Of a stretch of DNA of 64,000 bases, positions 28,181-37,742 are shown piece after piece. The translations under genes and the position numbers were made by a program. Positions within the stretch are counted from its first letter, which is position 1. Each line of letters opens with the position of its first letter. Under the pieces are notes generated by a model. That model made no database searches and had not been told where the DNA came from. It saw only the letters and a program-made list of their open reading frames with translations. The DNA comes from a virus (taxonomy: Duplodnaviria > Caudoviricetes): IMG/VR virus record IMGVR_UViG_3300021979_000003, positions 64,001 to 128,000 of that record; one strand, 5' to 3'.

Positions 28181-28876
28181 TTATTCTTTGTAGTACTCAT
28201 CCAGTATATTAAGCCATTTTTCTTTGTAATAAACAAATTCTTCACCAGACTTTATTATTTTTTTGGCTTGAATATTATCAGAGTTGGCAATCAATATAAC
28301 ACATTGCTCTATATTCGTATCAAAAAGGAAGTCGTGTGCAACCGCATATGCTGCGGCTTGTGTGAAATAATCTTCCATATGTTCTTCTTTCTTATCTTTG
28401 TACGAGTTCTTGAAGTCAATTATGGAAGGCACACCCTTGTATGTTCCTACTAAGTCAGTTCGACCCGCATAACAGTTAGGAACAAATAAAGGAACTTCTG
28501 CTCCCCATATTTCATCAACATCTTTTAAACCAACATCCCATATTTTCTTAGCCATATCACTAGCCACTTTAAATATGAAATTTTGCTTAAACAATTTTTC
28601 GTAATCAACAGTTTCCACGATTTGATGATAAAGTATGTCATGCATACAGTTACCAAAGTTCAAACTTTTATCCAATATAGCCTGAGCGTTCTTATGCCCA
28701 ATTGTTCGTTTCCATTCTTCAATTACTTCTTTCTTATCAGACATCTTAGATAGTATAGTAGTCACTGAATAGACTGGATCGTATTTCTTACCATCCATTT
28801 CTATAAAATAAACACGACCGGCATCACCGGTCGATTCATTAACTACATTTGGATAATTAAACTTCTCTTTGTACAT
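28181..28876 (-). CDS. PD-(D/E)XK exonuclease
   Basis: YSVTTIL, GNCMH, EVPL, YAGRTD, IIDFKNS, YFTQAAAYA. Confidence 0.85.
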   Translation of the reverse strand: MYKEKFNYPNVVNESTGDAGRVYFIEMDGKKYDPVYSVTTILSKMSDKKEVIEEWKRTIGHKNAQAILDKSLNFGNCMHDILYHQIVETVDYEKLFKQNFIFKVASDMAKKIWDVGLKDVDEIWGAEVPLFVPNCYAGRTDLVGTYKGVPSIIDFKNSYKDKKEEHMEDYFTQAAAYAVAHDFLFDTNIEQCVILIANSDNIQAKKIIKSGEEFVYYKEKWLNILDEYYKE

Positions 28877-29217
28877 TATTTCATACGCTTTTTAGTTGCT
28901 TCCTTAGCTTTTTCCGAAGCTGGATTGTATTCTTCCTCATCAGATAAGTCGGGACGCCCTTCATCAGTTTCGCCACTGCCTTCTGTAGAGAATACAACCT
29001 GTTTCTCTTGGTTGACACTAAGGTTATCATTACTATCAGCAAATTCTTCTACATCGTTCTCAGTAGCAACTATATCATTTTTTTCTAATTCTGCAATAAT
29101 GTTTTCGATGTCAATTTCAGTTACACCAGTTTTCATGAACATCATTATGATGTTCATGATTTCACTATTGAGTTTTTCTTTATAGTCATTACTTTCGTAT
29201 AGGTCGCGTATTCTCAT
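28876..29217 (-). CDS. hypothetical protein
   Basis: 113-aa acidic ORF, coupled. Confidence 0.6.
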   Translation of the reverse strand: MRIRDLYESNDYKEKLNSEIMNIIMMFMKTGVTEIDIENIIAELEKNDIVATENDVEEFADSNDNLSVNQEKQVVFSTEGSGETDEGRPDLSDEEEYNPASEKAKEATKKRMK

Positions 29218-29219
29218 AA

Positions 29220-30149
29220 TTATTCTTCACGTCTTTGGAATTCGTCACCAAGATCAAGTTCTTCGTCGTCAGAACCTTCCTCAGACTCTTCAGAACCTTC
29301 TTCTTCATCACCTAGACCTAGATCAGCTAGTTCCTCTTCAGAGCCTTCTTCGTCGCCTCCAAAGCCTTCTAAGTCGTCAGATTCCATATTACCTTTTTCA
29401 TCAGATACCATGCTGTCCATTTCAGCATCGCCACTTAGTACAGCAACTACGTTAGCAAATACTTCTTTGGTGTCTCGAACTTGAGATAATAGATCGGTAA
29501 GAGAGGAATTCATCTTTTCGTAAATGTCATCAGCCATTTCATTAGAGTACTCAGAGCGAACCATTTCTACAAATGGGTCAAGGTATTTGTTCTGAGTTTC
29601 ACCAATCTTAGCTTGGTATCCCATAAGGTCATCCAATAGACCTCGTGCACTCATAATAGCTTCTGCTTTTTCAGCATCTTCTTTAAGAAGAATGTTTAGC
29701 TTTGAAGAAATGCTTTCATTGTAAACTTTTTTCTCCATAGCATTGATCTTCTCAGCCATCTTCTTAGCTTTGTCATTTTCACCGTTCTTAGCAACATAAC
29801 TCTCATACATGTTCTTTAGCTCATATAGAGTATCAGCAGAAGTTTTAACACGCGATTCGTTATGTGCCTTAGAAATGATTTCATCCAGTTCACTTTGTGT
29901 GGACTTCTTATTTGTTAGAATGTTCACCGCTTCTACAACTAGAATAGACTGGTTGTATTCATGACTCTTATGGTAAGAGTTGAATTCAGATGATTCTACA
30001 ATATGATTCATATTTTCTTTTGCTTTCTTACGTAGCTCTACTAGTGCAGACTTTGAAAGCTTGTTTGATATATCTGTAGTAAAACCAAAAGATTCTTTAA
30101 GAAGCTTATTGATCTTAGCTAGATTTGCTTTATCTTGTTTTGATAACAT
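29220..30149 (-). CDS. hypothetical (probable head-associated) protein with acidic tail
   Basis: 309 aa, helical, E/D-rich C-terminus. Confidence 0.6.
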   Translation of the reverse strand: MLSKQDKANLAKINKLLKESFGFTTDISNKLSKSALVELRKKAKENMNHIVESSEFNSYHKSHEYNQSILVVEAVNILTNKKSTQSELDEIISKAHNESRVKTSADTLYELKNMYESYVAKNGENDKAKKMAEKINAMEKKVYNESISSKLNILLKEDAEKAEAIMSARGLLDDLMGYQAKIGETQNKYLDPFVEMVRSEYSNEMADDIYEKMNSSLTDLLSQVRDTKEVFANVVAVLSGDAEMDSMVSDEKGNMESDDLEGFGGDEEGSEEELADLGLGDEEEGSEESEEGSDDEELDLGDEFQRREE

Positions 30150-30151
30150 AG

Positions 30152-30736
30152 TTATTTCCCCAAATTTTTATATTCTTTTAATATATTTTGTTTAAAACTT
30201 TTCGCACGGAATTTGTTTTCTTCGAACTTAGTGTTCTCAATGTCCATTCCATCAAAATCATGTTCTTGTTTATATTTATTGTAGTTTTTCTTGTTCATAC
30301 GAGCTTCAGTAAGATGCTTTTCGTATCGACTGTTATTGTTTAGCAGTCCTACAATTTTGGAAGAACTAAAGGTTTTACCTTTATAGAGGTGTGATGCAAT
30401 AGAGTAAACGGTTTCATATAGAAGAACGTCGTCCACTAATACAGAACCATATTCATCGTAAAGAGAATATGTACCTTCAACCTTCTCTATCTTGTATGGA
30501 CCTATAGTAATAGCATTCTCAGAAATCATCTTAGTATCTTTTATTTGATTTAAAGTTTTATCACCCTTAGATGAATACTTCTCGACTTCTTCAACAGCGC
30601 TGTTAAAGCGCTTTAGAATTTCATCCATACTCTTAACACCAGATTCTGATACACTTGTTTCACGCTTAACGCCATTTTCGGCATCATTAAGAACGCTCAT
30701 CAACTTATCAAATTCTTGTATACTCTTATTAGACAT
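30152..30736 (-). CDS. hypothetical protein
   Basis: 194-aa ORF. Confidence 0.6.
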   Translation of the reverse strand: MSNKSIQEFDKLMSVLNDAENGVKRETSVSESGVKSMDEILKRFNSAVEEVEKYSSKGDKTLNQIKDTKMISENAITIGPYKIEKVEGTYSLYDEYGSVLVDDVLLYETVYSIASHLYKGKTFSSSKIVGLLNNNSRYEKHLTEARMNKKNYNKYKQEHDFDGMDIENTKFEENKFRAKSFKQNILKEYKNLGK

Positions 30737-30944
30737 CTATATACACCTCTCTTAAGTAATAATATTCTCCATCGAAATCCAAGATATGGCAATCAACTAA
30801 ACGTTGCGCCATAAACTGCGTCTTTTCTGGCAAATCATCCTTTTTTAATTTATACCGTTTCTTTTCAAGCATCCTTTCAACTAGTTGAAAATCATGATCA
30901 GAAACATTGGTATAAAGACCACCAACAATTTCAACTACCTTCAT
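30729..30944 (-). CDS. hypothetical protein
   Basis: 71 aa, overlaps neighbours. Confidence 0.55.
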   Translation of the reverse strand: MKVVEIVGGLYTNVSDHDFQLVERMLEKKRYKLKKDDLPEKTQFMAQRLVDCHILDFDGEYYYLREVYIDV

Positions 30945-31138
30945 ACGGTATACCCTGTATAAATTTTAAATGCAGTTTCCTTATCAGATTCGTCAATAGC
31001 ATGTACTACTTTGACTAAATCTCTAATACTCATAGTTGCTAGAATTTTCTTGACCTCATCAATATCTCGATCAAGAAAATCAGATAATATTTCACTTAAA
31101 GGCTTTTTAATGTCCATAGTTCTCCATAAAGGGAACAA
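30941..31138 (-). CDS. hypothetical protein
   Basis: 65 aa; start may be the second Met. Confidence 0.5.
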   Translation of the reverse strand: MFPLWRTMDIKKPLSEILSDFLDRDIDEVKKILATMSIRDLVKVVHAIDESDKETAFKIYTGYTV

Positions 31139-31149
31139 AGTGTTCCCTA

Positions 31150-31404
31150 TTACTTATCTCTCAATTTGTTAAGTCGTGCTACCTGTTTACTTACTGGATT
31201 CGTCATCTTGGTTCTTTTCGTCTTCAAAGCAATAGACCTTTCTTTCTGCTTTCTAAGACGACGCATTCTCATTTTCTTTTTCAAGTCTAATGGACCAAAG
31301 CAACCTTGTGGAGTCGAAACAAGCTTTCCTTTTCTTTTACCAGTAGTACAACGGTACTTCTTAACAATTTTGTTTCCACGTCTTGCGTAAACTAACTTAG
31401 CCAT
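31150..31404 (-). CDS. small basic protein
   Basis: 84 aa K/R-rich, YRC...GCF. Confidence 0.65.
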   Translation of the reverse strand: MAKLVYARRGNKIVKKYRCTTGKRKGKLVSTPQGCFGPLDLKKKMRMRRLRKQKERSIALKTKRTKMTNPVSKQVARLNKLRDK

Positions 31405-31413
31405 TGTTTATCC

Positions 31414-31839
31414 TTATAGATTATCGTTGAAAATAAACTCAATATTTAAAGAACCGCCAGCGGATTCAAATACTTCTTCTTCAATGGTTATACCATCGAA
31501 CATATATTTAAGGTAATGTAGAGGATCATCAATTTGATAATTCTCATCTACACTAGCAAATATACCTGAGTGTTCAACAATAAATTTAAAAACATACCCA
31601 CTACCAGTCAATGACGGTGCACCTTCGTTTTCAATTGTTGTCACACTATATGGTGCAGCAACAACAATCGGCTGTGCCCTCATGCTAATTAGGGAAATGA
31701 TGTTATCAAAAATTCTTTGTGATTTGTCTTCATAATTACCAGTAGATGTTATATCTATGGTTGTGAACAGAGTAAAATACTCTATGTTACCAGTTAAATG
31801 TTCACTAGGTTTAGAAGTTGTTTTTCTTTCTAAAGTCAT
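31414..31839 (-). CDS. virion protein, distant paralogue of the two upstream genes
   Basis: EHLTGNIEYFT resembles QMLTGGL(D/E)HFT; own late promoter at 31871..31878. Confidence 0.6.
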   Translation of the reverse strand: MTLERKTTSKPSEHLTGNIEYFTLFTTIDITSTGNYEDKSQRIFDNIISLISMRAQPIVVAAPYSVTTIENEGAPSLTGSGYVFKFIVEHSGIFASVDENYQIDDPLHYLKYMFDGITIEEEVFESAGGSLNIEFIFNDNL

Positions 31840-31896
31840 AATACTGTCCTCATTTTCTATGATATAAAAGTATTTATCCTTATACTTCCTTTAGAT

Positions 31897-31925
31897 AAAA
31901 AAATAGCCGGTAAAAACCGGCTATT
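31897..31925 (-). terminator. intrinsic terminator
   Basis: AATAGCCGG-loop-CCGGCTATT plus U-tract on the minus strand. Confidence 0.8.
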
Positions 31926-31952
31926 CATATCGATAGATACTTATCTATGCTA

Positions 31953-32372
31953 TTACAGTAAGTCGTAAGCAACCTTAGCAACAGTAACGCCAGATAGATC
32001 AACAGTTTCTTGAACGTCGTCTTCTGTACCTAGTTCAGTATCAGTACCAGCAGAAACACCAAAGTTTACGGAACCTAGTTCACGAATTTTCTCTTGGATT
32101 TCAGCAGCGTCAACAGCATCGTTGTGTTCAACAGCAACGGTGAAACCACCAGCAGCTAGTTCACTAACGATAACTACGTTACCACGAGTGCGGAAGATTT
32201 CGATAATCTGTTCCCAAACACGCGCTTGCTCGTAATAGTTGTTGAATTCTACAGAACCGTAAGTCGCTTCGCTGTCGCCAGTAGGAACGATAGAATTTGG
32301 AGTTGCTACGGTGAAGTGTTCTAGACCACCAGTAAGCATTTGAGTATCTTGTACTTGAGTATAACGTTTCAT
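31953..32372 (-). CDS. virion protein, tandem paralogue B
   Basis: MKRYTQ...MLTGGL...FRTRGNVVIVSELA...EIQEKIRELGSV; late promoter TATAAATA at 32407..32414. Confidence 0.8.
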   Translation of the reverse strand: MKRYTQVQDTQMLTGGLEHFTVATPNSIVPTGDSEATYGSVEFNNYYEQARVWEQIIEIFRTRGNVVIVSELAAGGFTVAVEHNDAVDAAEIQEKIRELGSVNFGVSAGTDTELGTEDDVQETVDLSGVTVAKVAYDLL

Positions 32373-32448
32373 ATTGTATTCTCCTTAAATCTGTTATATA
32401 CATTATTATTTATACTAATTAATAAAATTCTTTTTAAAGTATGCAAAA

Positions 32449-32477
32449 ATAAAAAGTAGTCGGTACGCCGACTACTT
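32449..32477 (-). terminator. intrinsic terminator
   Basis: AAGTAGTCGG-4 nt-CCGACTACTT plus U-tract. Confidence 0.8.
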
Positions 32478-32497
32478 AAAATTACTTTAAAATGCTA

Positions 32498-32950
32498 TTA
32501 AAGAAGACTGTAGTCAACTTTAGATACTGTAACACCAGATAGGTCTACAGTAGCTGGTTGAACTTCTTCAGTTGTAACATATCCAGCTTCACCCGGAAGA
32601 GTACCAAATTCATCGGCAACTTCAACCGTTTCCTCACCGAACGCTACGGAACCTAGTTCACGAATTTTCTCTTGAATTTCAGCAGCATCAACTGCATCTT
32701 TGTGTTCAACAGCAACAGTGAAACCACCACCAGCTAGTTCACTAACGATAACTACGTTACCACGAGTACGGAAAACTTCAATTAGTTTTTCCCAAACACG
32801 TGCCTGTTCGTAGTAGTTTTTGAATTCTTCGCTGTGATATTCTACACTACCGTCAGCAGTTGGAACAATGGATTCTGGGGTTGTTACTGTGAAATGGTCT
32901 AGACCACCAGTAAGCATTTGTGTTTTTTTAGCTTGAGTATAACGTTTCAT
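32498..32950 (-). CDS. virion protein, tandem paralogue A
   Basis: Close paralogue of 31953..32372; late promoter GATAAATA at 32990..32997. Confidence 0.8.
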   Translation of the reverse strand: MKRYTQAKKTQMLTGGLDHFTVTTPESIVPTADGSVEYHSEEFKNYYEQARVWEKLIEVFRTRGNVVIVSELAGGGFTVAVEHKDAVDAAEIQEKIRELGSVAFGEETVEVADEFGTLPGEAGYVTTEEVQPATVDLSGVTVSKVDYSLL

Positions 32951-33004
32951 ATTGTTATTCCTTTTTTGTTATTAAATAGCTTATACTTATATTTATCAAA
33001 ATTG

Positions 33005-33730
33005 TTATAATTTCTTGAAAGCGTCTCTAATTCTTTGTTGCTTTTCTCTCTTTTTTTGAAGAAATTTATATGCAGCAAGGCCACCTAAAGCATACATAGC
33101 CTTCTCAGTATTACTCATACCTTCAGGCTTTTTCTCTTCAGGCTGGTTTTTAGAAACGGGTTCTTCGGCTTTATCGTCCACTACTTTAAATTCGGATGCG
33201 AATTCACGAATTTTATAAGTAACTTCACTATACCTAAACTTAACTGTACCGTAGTTCTTCATTTTGTCTAGAGTTAACTTGCGCTCTCTTAATGTTAAAC
33301 GGTTCCAGTTGATAGCCATTCTGCCAATAGACCTTAGAATGTTATCTTCGATATATAAATCTTTTGTAATTCTCTTCATGAAAGAATCGAACTCTACTAC
33401 AGACAATGATCCGTTTATCATACGTCTTAGATATCTAACATAAAAGTCTATATCCAGTTTGGCTCTCTTCATGAGAATTTCATCTTTTTTGTTATAGTTA
33501 CCATCCTCGGCTAGTTTGTTCAAATAGACAAATAGGTTATAAAGATCAGTACCATTAATTTTATGGGTATTGAAATTAGAATACTTGATGGTATCTTTTG
33601 CGTATTTTGCTGCATAAGAAGAATATTCATAATCCTTATACATGATACACAAACCTATCATTTCATAATATACGTGGTTGAGAACATTTCTTAACCCACG
33701 ATTTTTCAATTCACTTAGACTTCTAATCAT
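33005..33730 (-). CDS. hypothetical protein
   Basis: 241-aa ORF. Confidence 0.6.
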   Translation of the reverse strand: MIRSLSELKNRGLRNVLNHVYYEMIGLCIMYKDYEYSSYAAKYAKDTIKYSNFNTHKINGTDLYNLFVYLNKLAEDGNYNKKDEILMKRAKLDIDFYVRYLRRMINGSLSVVEFDSFMKRITKDLYIEDNILRSIGRMAINWNRLTLRERKLTLDKMKNYGTVKFRYSEVTYKIREFASEFKVVDDKAEEPVSKNQPEEKKPEGMSNTEKAMYALGGLAAYKFLQKKREKQQRIRDAFKKL

Positions 33731-33739
33731 GATGTTTCC

Positions 33740-35710
33740 TTATGAATAAGATATAATTACTTTTAATGCACCTACAGTACTAGTACCAGTATTTAGATAT
33801 GCATTCAAATCCGTATCACCACCAGCATCATATACGTATGATGGTGTAAAGGTATACGTACCAGCTTCAGTTAGATCAATTATATCTTCAGACATCAATC
33901 TATCATTAACAGATGCATCGCCTACATTTAATGTAGCATTAACATCATCAAAAGCTTGGGTTACTTCAACTGTTACATTAGTGACTCTAGAGTTATTCGA
34001 CACAGTACCCACAAGATGTGTTCCAGTGTCTGCATTTGTAAGCACGATAGAGAGTACATCTGCATCAGTTCTTGCAGAATCTTGAGTTGCAATCAATTCC
34101 CAACCAGATGATGTATATAGCCAGTACTGCCACTCACCATTACCACCGTCTTCTACATACGCTCCATCACCTACAATAACATCAAGCTGTAGTCTTTGAG
34201 TGTTATCAAGTACAGAATATACTTCACCTTTACGAATACCTTGACCAATATAAGCAGCTTTTGCTTTCACACCATTTTCAACAGAGTATATACCAAGGTC
34301 AGTTAAAATATCACTCGTGTTACCACTCACATTGCTCAATCTAATTTCACCAGCATCACCTTTTTCTAACTTTAGATATGTTGATGTTGAAGGTCCATAA
34401 GAGCCTGCAACTATGCCGGTACAAGAAGGTGTTGAACCGTCAGGAGACAACATAGGATTTCCACTATTATCATTTTTTACATTGACCAAATCCAATGTAC
34501 CTCCCGCAGTATTAACTATTTTTAATATATTATTACCTACTTGTGCTTCTACATTAGGAATGTTAGCAGCATTGATATCAAATGCCATATCTTCTTCTAG
34601 ACCAGCTTCAATACCATATGTTGCTTGACCAGTAGCACTAGTAGTAAATGTTACTGTTACACCATTGATGGATATTTGCGGCCCATTAGCTACATATGCG
34701 GCAGGCTCACCTAAAGAAAACGATGTTGTACTTTGTACAACTAAAGGTGCTGTTATTTCTGATGCCGTAACGTCGTGTGTTGCAGTTAAACCATTTATTG
34801 AATTAACTGCATCCGAAATGGTTCCGGCCCCACCTATTGTTACGTTAGTACTATTAATCTGTAAACTATTTGCAGGATCAGTAGTAGCATCAGCCACTGT
34901 TCCCGTTATATTTGTTAATGTATAGTCTTTAAGTTTAACGTAAACAGGAAGTGACGTTTCATAAGTAACATTTTCATCAATATCAGGGTCATAATAAATA
35001 ACGTCGCCAACTTCACCCAATAATTTATTAAATTCATTAGAAGATGTCAACGGCTCCATAACAAAACTATCCTGACTGGTAATGTCAACCACACGCCCAA
35101 CTAAAATATTTTTAGTAGTTGGTATTACAAAGTTGTTATTGTTAGTATCAACTGATATAAGATCATCAATCTGGAAACCATGTTGGGCTTGATCAATTAT
35201 GATATATTCCCCCTCGGTTAGATTTTGAAATCTGGATAGAAGGTTTGACCAAAACGCCGATCCAAATCCACCGCTTGGTGCTGGATCGACGACAGGCATA
35301 CCTAAGTGGTTTAATTCAAAAACCACAATAGATGTAGGGATGTTAAATATACCATTCGCAAGTGCAGAACTAAAAGTATTATATCTAAATAAGTCTTCTA
35401 CAATTAATGTGGCAGTTCTATTTGTTTTGCTTTCTACTGAAACTATTTTTACTGCCACACCAGTATTTTTCGAAGCCACCCACATATTCGGTTTAATATC
35501 CATTGCATTATAAGCGTTTGGAATTCTAGTCAAATGGCTGGAATGCTCTTGCTCTTCAACAGTTATATCAATTTTCCACCTATACGGTCTAGGTGTGGTG
35601 CCGCCTTCCCAATATGGGTCACCGGTTCCATCATCATACGGCCAATATCCTTCGGGTGACACAGAATTAGCGTCACCACTAAGAACTATTGGTGGTAAAT
35701 TTAATTTCAT
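33740..35710 (-). CDS. virion structural protein (tail/baseplate-associated)
   Basis: 656 aa, beta-rich, in the late structural operon. Confidence 0.6.
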   Translation of the reverse strand: MKLNLPPIVLSGDANSVSPEGYWPYDDGTGDPYWEGGTTPRPYRWKIDITVEEQEHSSHLTRIPNAYNAMDIKPNMWVASKNTGVAVKIVSVESKTNRTATLIVEDLFRYNTFSSALANGIFNIPTSIVVFELNHLGMPVVDPAPSGGFGSAFWSNLLSRFQNLTEGEYIIIDQAQHGFQIDDLISVDTNNNNFVIPTTKNILVGRVVDITSQDSFVMEPLTSSNEFNKLLGEVGDVIYYDPDIDENVTYETSLPVYVKLKDYTLTNITGTVADATTDPANSLQINSTNVTIGGAGTISDAVNSINGLTATHDVTASEITAPLVVQSTTSFSLGEPAAYVANGPQISINGVTVTFTTSATGQATYGIEAGLEEDMAFDINAANIPNVEAQVGNNILKIVNTAGGTLDLVNVKNDNSGNPMLSPDGSTPSCTGIVAGSYGPSTSTYLKLEKGDAGEIRLSNVSGNTSDILTDLGIYSVENGVKAKAAYIGQGIRKGEVYSVLDNTQRLQLDVIVGDGAYVEDGGNGEWQYWLYTSSGWELIATQDSARTDADVLSIVLTNADTGTHLVGTVSNNSRVTNVTVEVTQAFDDVNATLNVGDASVNDRLMSEDIIDLTEAGTYTFTPSYVYDAGGDTDLNAYLNTGTSTVGALKVIISYS

Positions 35711-35712
35711 AA

Positions 35713-37707
35713 TTATTCTCCAAAGGCAAACATAATATATAATCTAGCACGTTGTCCAAGACCTGCACTTGCACCTACCTGTCCCATAGCACAGTCTAAT
35801 GTAATAACATTGTTGAACGATCCAGAGAAAAGAGTAGTTTGATCGTATGTTGCACCACCACCTGATACTTTTCTAGTGCCAGTAACAGGAGTCATAAGAA
35901 TATATTCATTAGTAGTAGTAACATGCGCGTATTGCTGAATACTTATAGGTGGATAAGCCTTACCAGTAAAGGTAAACTCAACTATACCACCGGGACCATC
36001 TGTTATAGTAGTAGTAACACCAGAAGTTTCGTTCTGTATCGCGTCAGGCGCACTTAAATCACCACCTGCCCCAGAGGTATACCATAACTCTACCCACTCA
36101 TAGCTAAATGTACTTGAACCACCAGAGATTGCCTGTGGTACGAAGTTGGTGCCATCATACACAAGTGCATCACCAGAGGTTGGAGCAGTTGTTGTAGTAT
36201 CTACGTCGCTCAAGTCATCAAGTGCGCTTGCACCACCGCCTGAAATAGTTGCAGGAACAAAGCTAGTTCCATCAAACTGTAGAACCTGACCGGTAGTAAT
36301 ACCAGTAGTATTTACATCTGTAAGATCATTAATTTCTGATGGTATTGATGGTGTATTAGCTAAATCAGTATATGATCCAGAAGTTGCGACAGTTGCTAAG
36401 ACTGGTAAATTAGTTAAGTCATCATATGATCCAGTAGTTGCTACGGTTGCTAGTGTTGGAGTACCAGTTAGATCAGAATACGCACCAGAGGTTGCAACAG
36501 GAGCCAATGTAGGAGTTCCAGATACCTCGCTGTAATCTACAGAACCGTCAACCCAAGTTGTTCCATTGTACTTAAGAACGTTGTTAGTAACAACACCAGT
36601 AGTATCAACATCACCAAGATCATTCACATTCGCTGGAATGGATGGTAAATTAGATAGATCATTATAATCACCACTAGTAGCAACAACTGCTAGTGTTGGA
36701 GTACCAGTCAATTCGCTATAAGACACAGAACCATCTACCCAATTAGTACCATCGAACTTAAGTACATTATCGGTGATCGCGCCAGTTGTATCAACGTCAG
36801 TAAGCTCATTAAGATTGGTTGCACCGCTTCCAGAAACTGCTTGTGGTACGAAATTAGTACCATCGAATACCAGAGCATCACCGTTAGTCGGGGCAGTGGT
36901 AGTAGTGTCTACATCGCTCAAGTCATCTAGTGCAGTTGCACCACCGCCTGAAATAGTTGCTGCAACGAAGCTTGTGCCGTTGTATTGCAAAACCTGTCCA
37001 GAAGTTATCCCACTAGTATCAACATCACCCAGATCATTAATATTAGTTGGAATAGTAGGTTGATCAAGTAAATCAGTATAAGAACCTGTAGTTGCCACTG
37101 TAGCCAAAGTTGGTGTACCAGATAAATCAGAATACGCACCAGTAGTCGCAACAGTCGCTAGAGTTGGTGTACCAGTAACTTCAGAATAATCAACAGAACC
37201 ATCTACCCAATTAGTGCCATCGTATTTCAATACATTATTAAGAGCTACACCAGTGGTATCAACGTCAGTTAGATCACTGATAACACTAGCTCCACCACCG
37301 GAAGGTGCTTGTGGAACGAAGTTTGTACCATCGAATACCAATGTATCACCGTTAGTTGGGGCAGTGGTGGTAGTATCTACATCACCTAATTCGTTAAGAA
37401 TTGTAGCACCAACTTGATCAGTAATAGTAAAAGGTACGAAGTTTGTACCATCATATTGTAGAACCTGTCCAATACTGATACCGCTGGTATCTACATCAGT
37501 TAGGTCATTAATTGCTTGTGCACCAGCAGGGACAGTGTAGAAACCTGTAACCCCACCAACTTTACCATAAAAGGTATTGTCTGCCGCTGAAGAGAAGCCT
37601 TCAATATCTTGAGCAACTTCAACTACATTGTCTTCATTAGAATCGTATGTAGTCTTCGTCATCAAGTCTTGCGGTTCTAAAAAACTAAAATCTATTTCGT
37701 TAGCCAT
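35713..37707 (-). CDS. repeat-rich fibre protein
   Basis: Multiple L(N/D)DLxDVDT...VLx(Y/F)DGTN(F/W)V and TPTLATVATTG repeats. Confidence 0.75.
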   Translation of the reverse strand: MANEIDFSFLEPQDLMTKTTYDSNEDNVVEVAQDIEGFSSAADNTFYGKVGGVTGFYTVPAGAQAINDLTDVDTSGISIGQVLQYDGTNFVPFTITDQVGATILNELGDVDTTTTAPTNGDTLVFDGTNFVPQAPSGGGASVISDLTDVDTTGVALNNVLKYDGTNWVDGSVDYSEVTGTPTLATVATTGAYSDLSGTPTLATVATTGSYTDLLDQPTIPTNINDLGDVDTSGITSGQVLQYNGTSFVAATISGGGATALDDLSDVDTTTTAPTNGDALVFDGTNFVPQAVSGSGATNLNELTDVDTTGAITDNVLKFDGTNWVDGSVSYSELTGTPTLAVVATSGDYNDLSNLPSIPANVNDLGDVDTTGVVTNNVLKYNGTTWVDGSVDYSEVSGTPTLAPVATSGAYSDLTGTPTLATVATTGSYDDLTNLPVLATVATSGSYTDLANTPSIPSEINDLTDVNTTGITTGQVLQFDGTSFVPATISGGGASALDDLSDVDTTTTAPTSGDALVYDGTNFVPQAISGGSSTFSYEWVELWYTSGAGGDLSAPDAIQNETSGVTTTITDGPGGIVEFTFTGKAYPPISIQQYAHVTTTNEYILMTPVTGTRKVSGGGATYDQTTLFSGSFNNVITLDCAMGQVGASAGLGQRARLYIMFAFGE
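36120..37515 (-). repeat. modular internal coding repeats
   Basis: Recurrent GQVLQYDGT, TTTAPTNGDALVFDGTNFVPQA and GSVDYSEVTGTPTLATVATTG modules, also similar at the DNA level. Confidence 0.85.
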
Positions 37708-37742
37708 TGTTATTATTCTCCATAAGTTATTTTAGAACTTCG

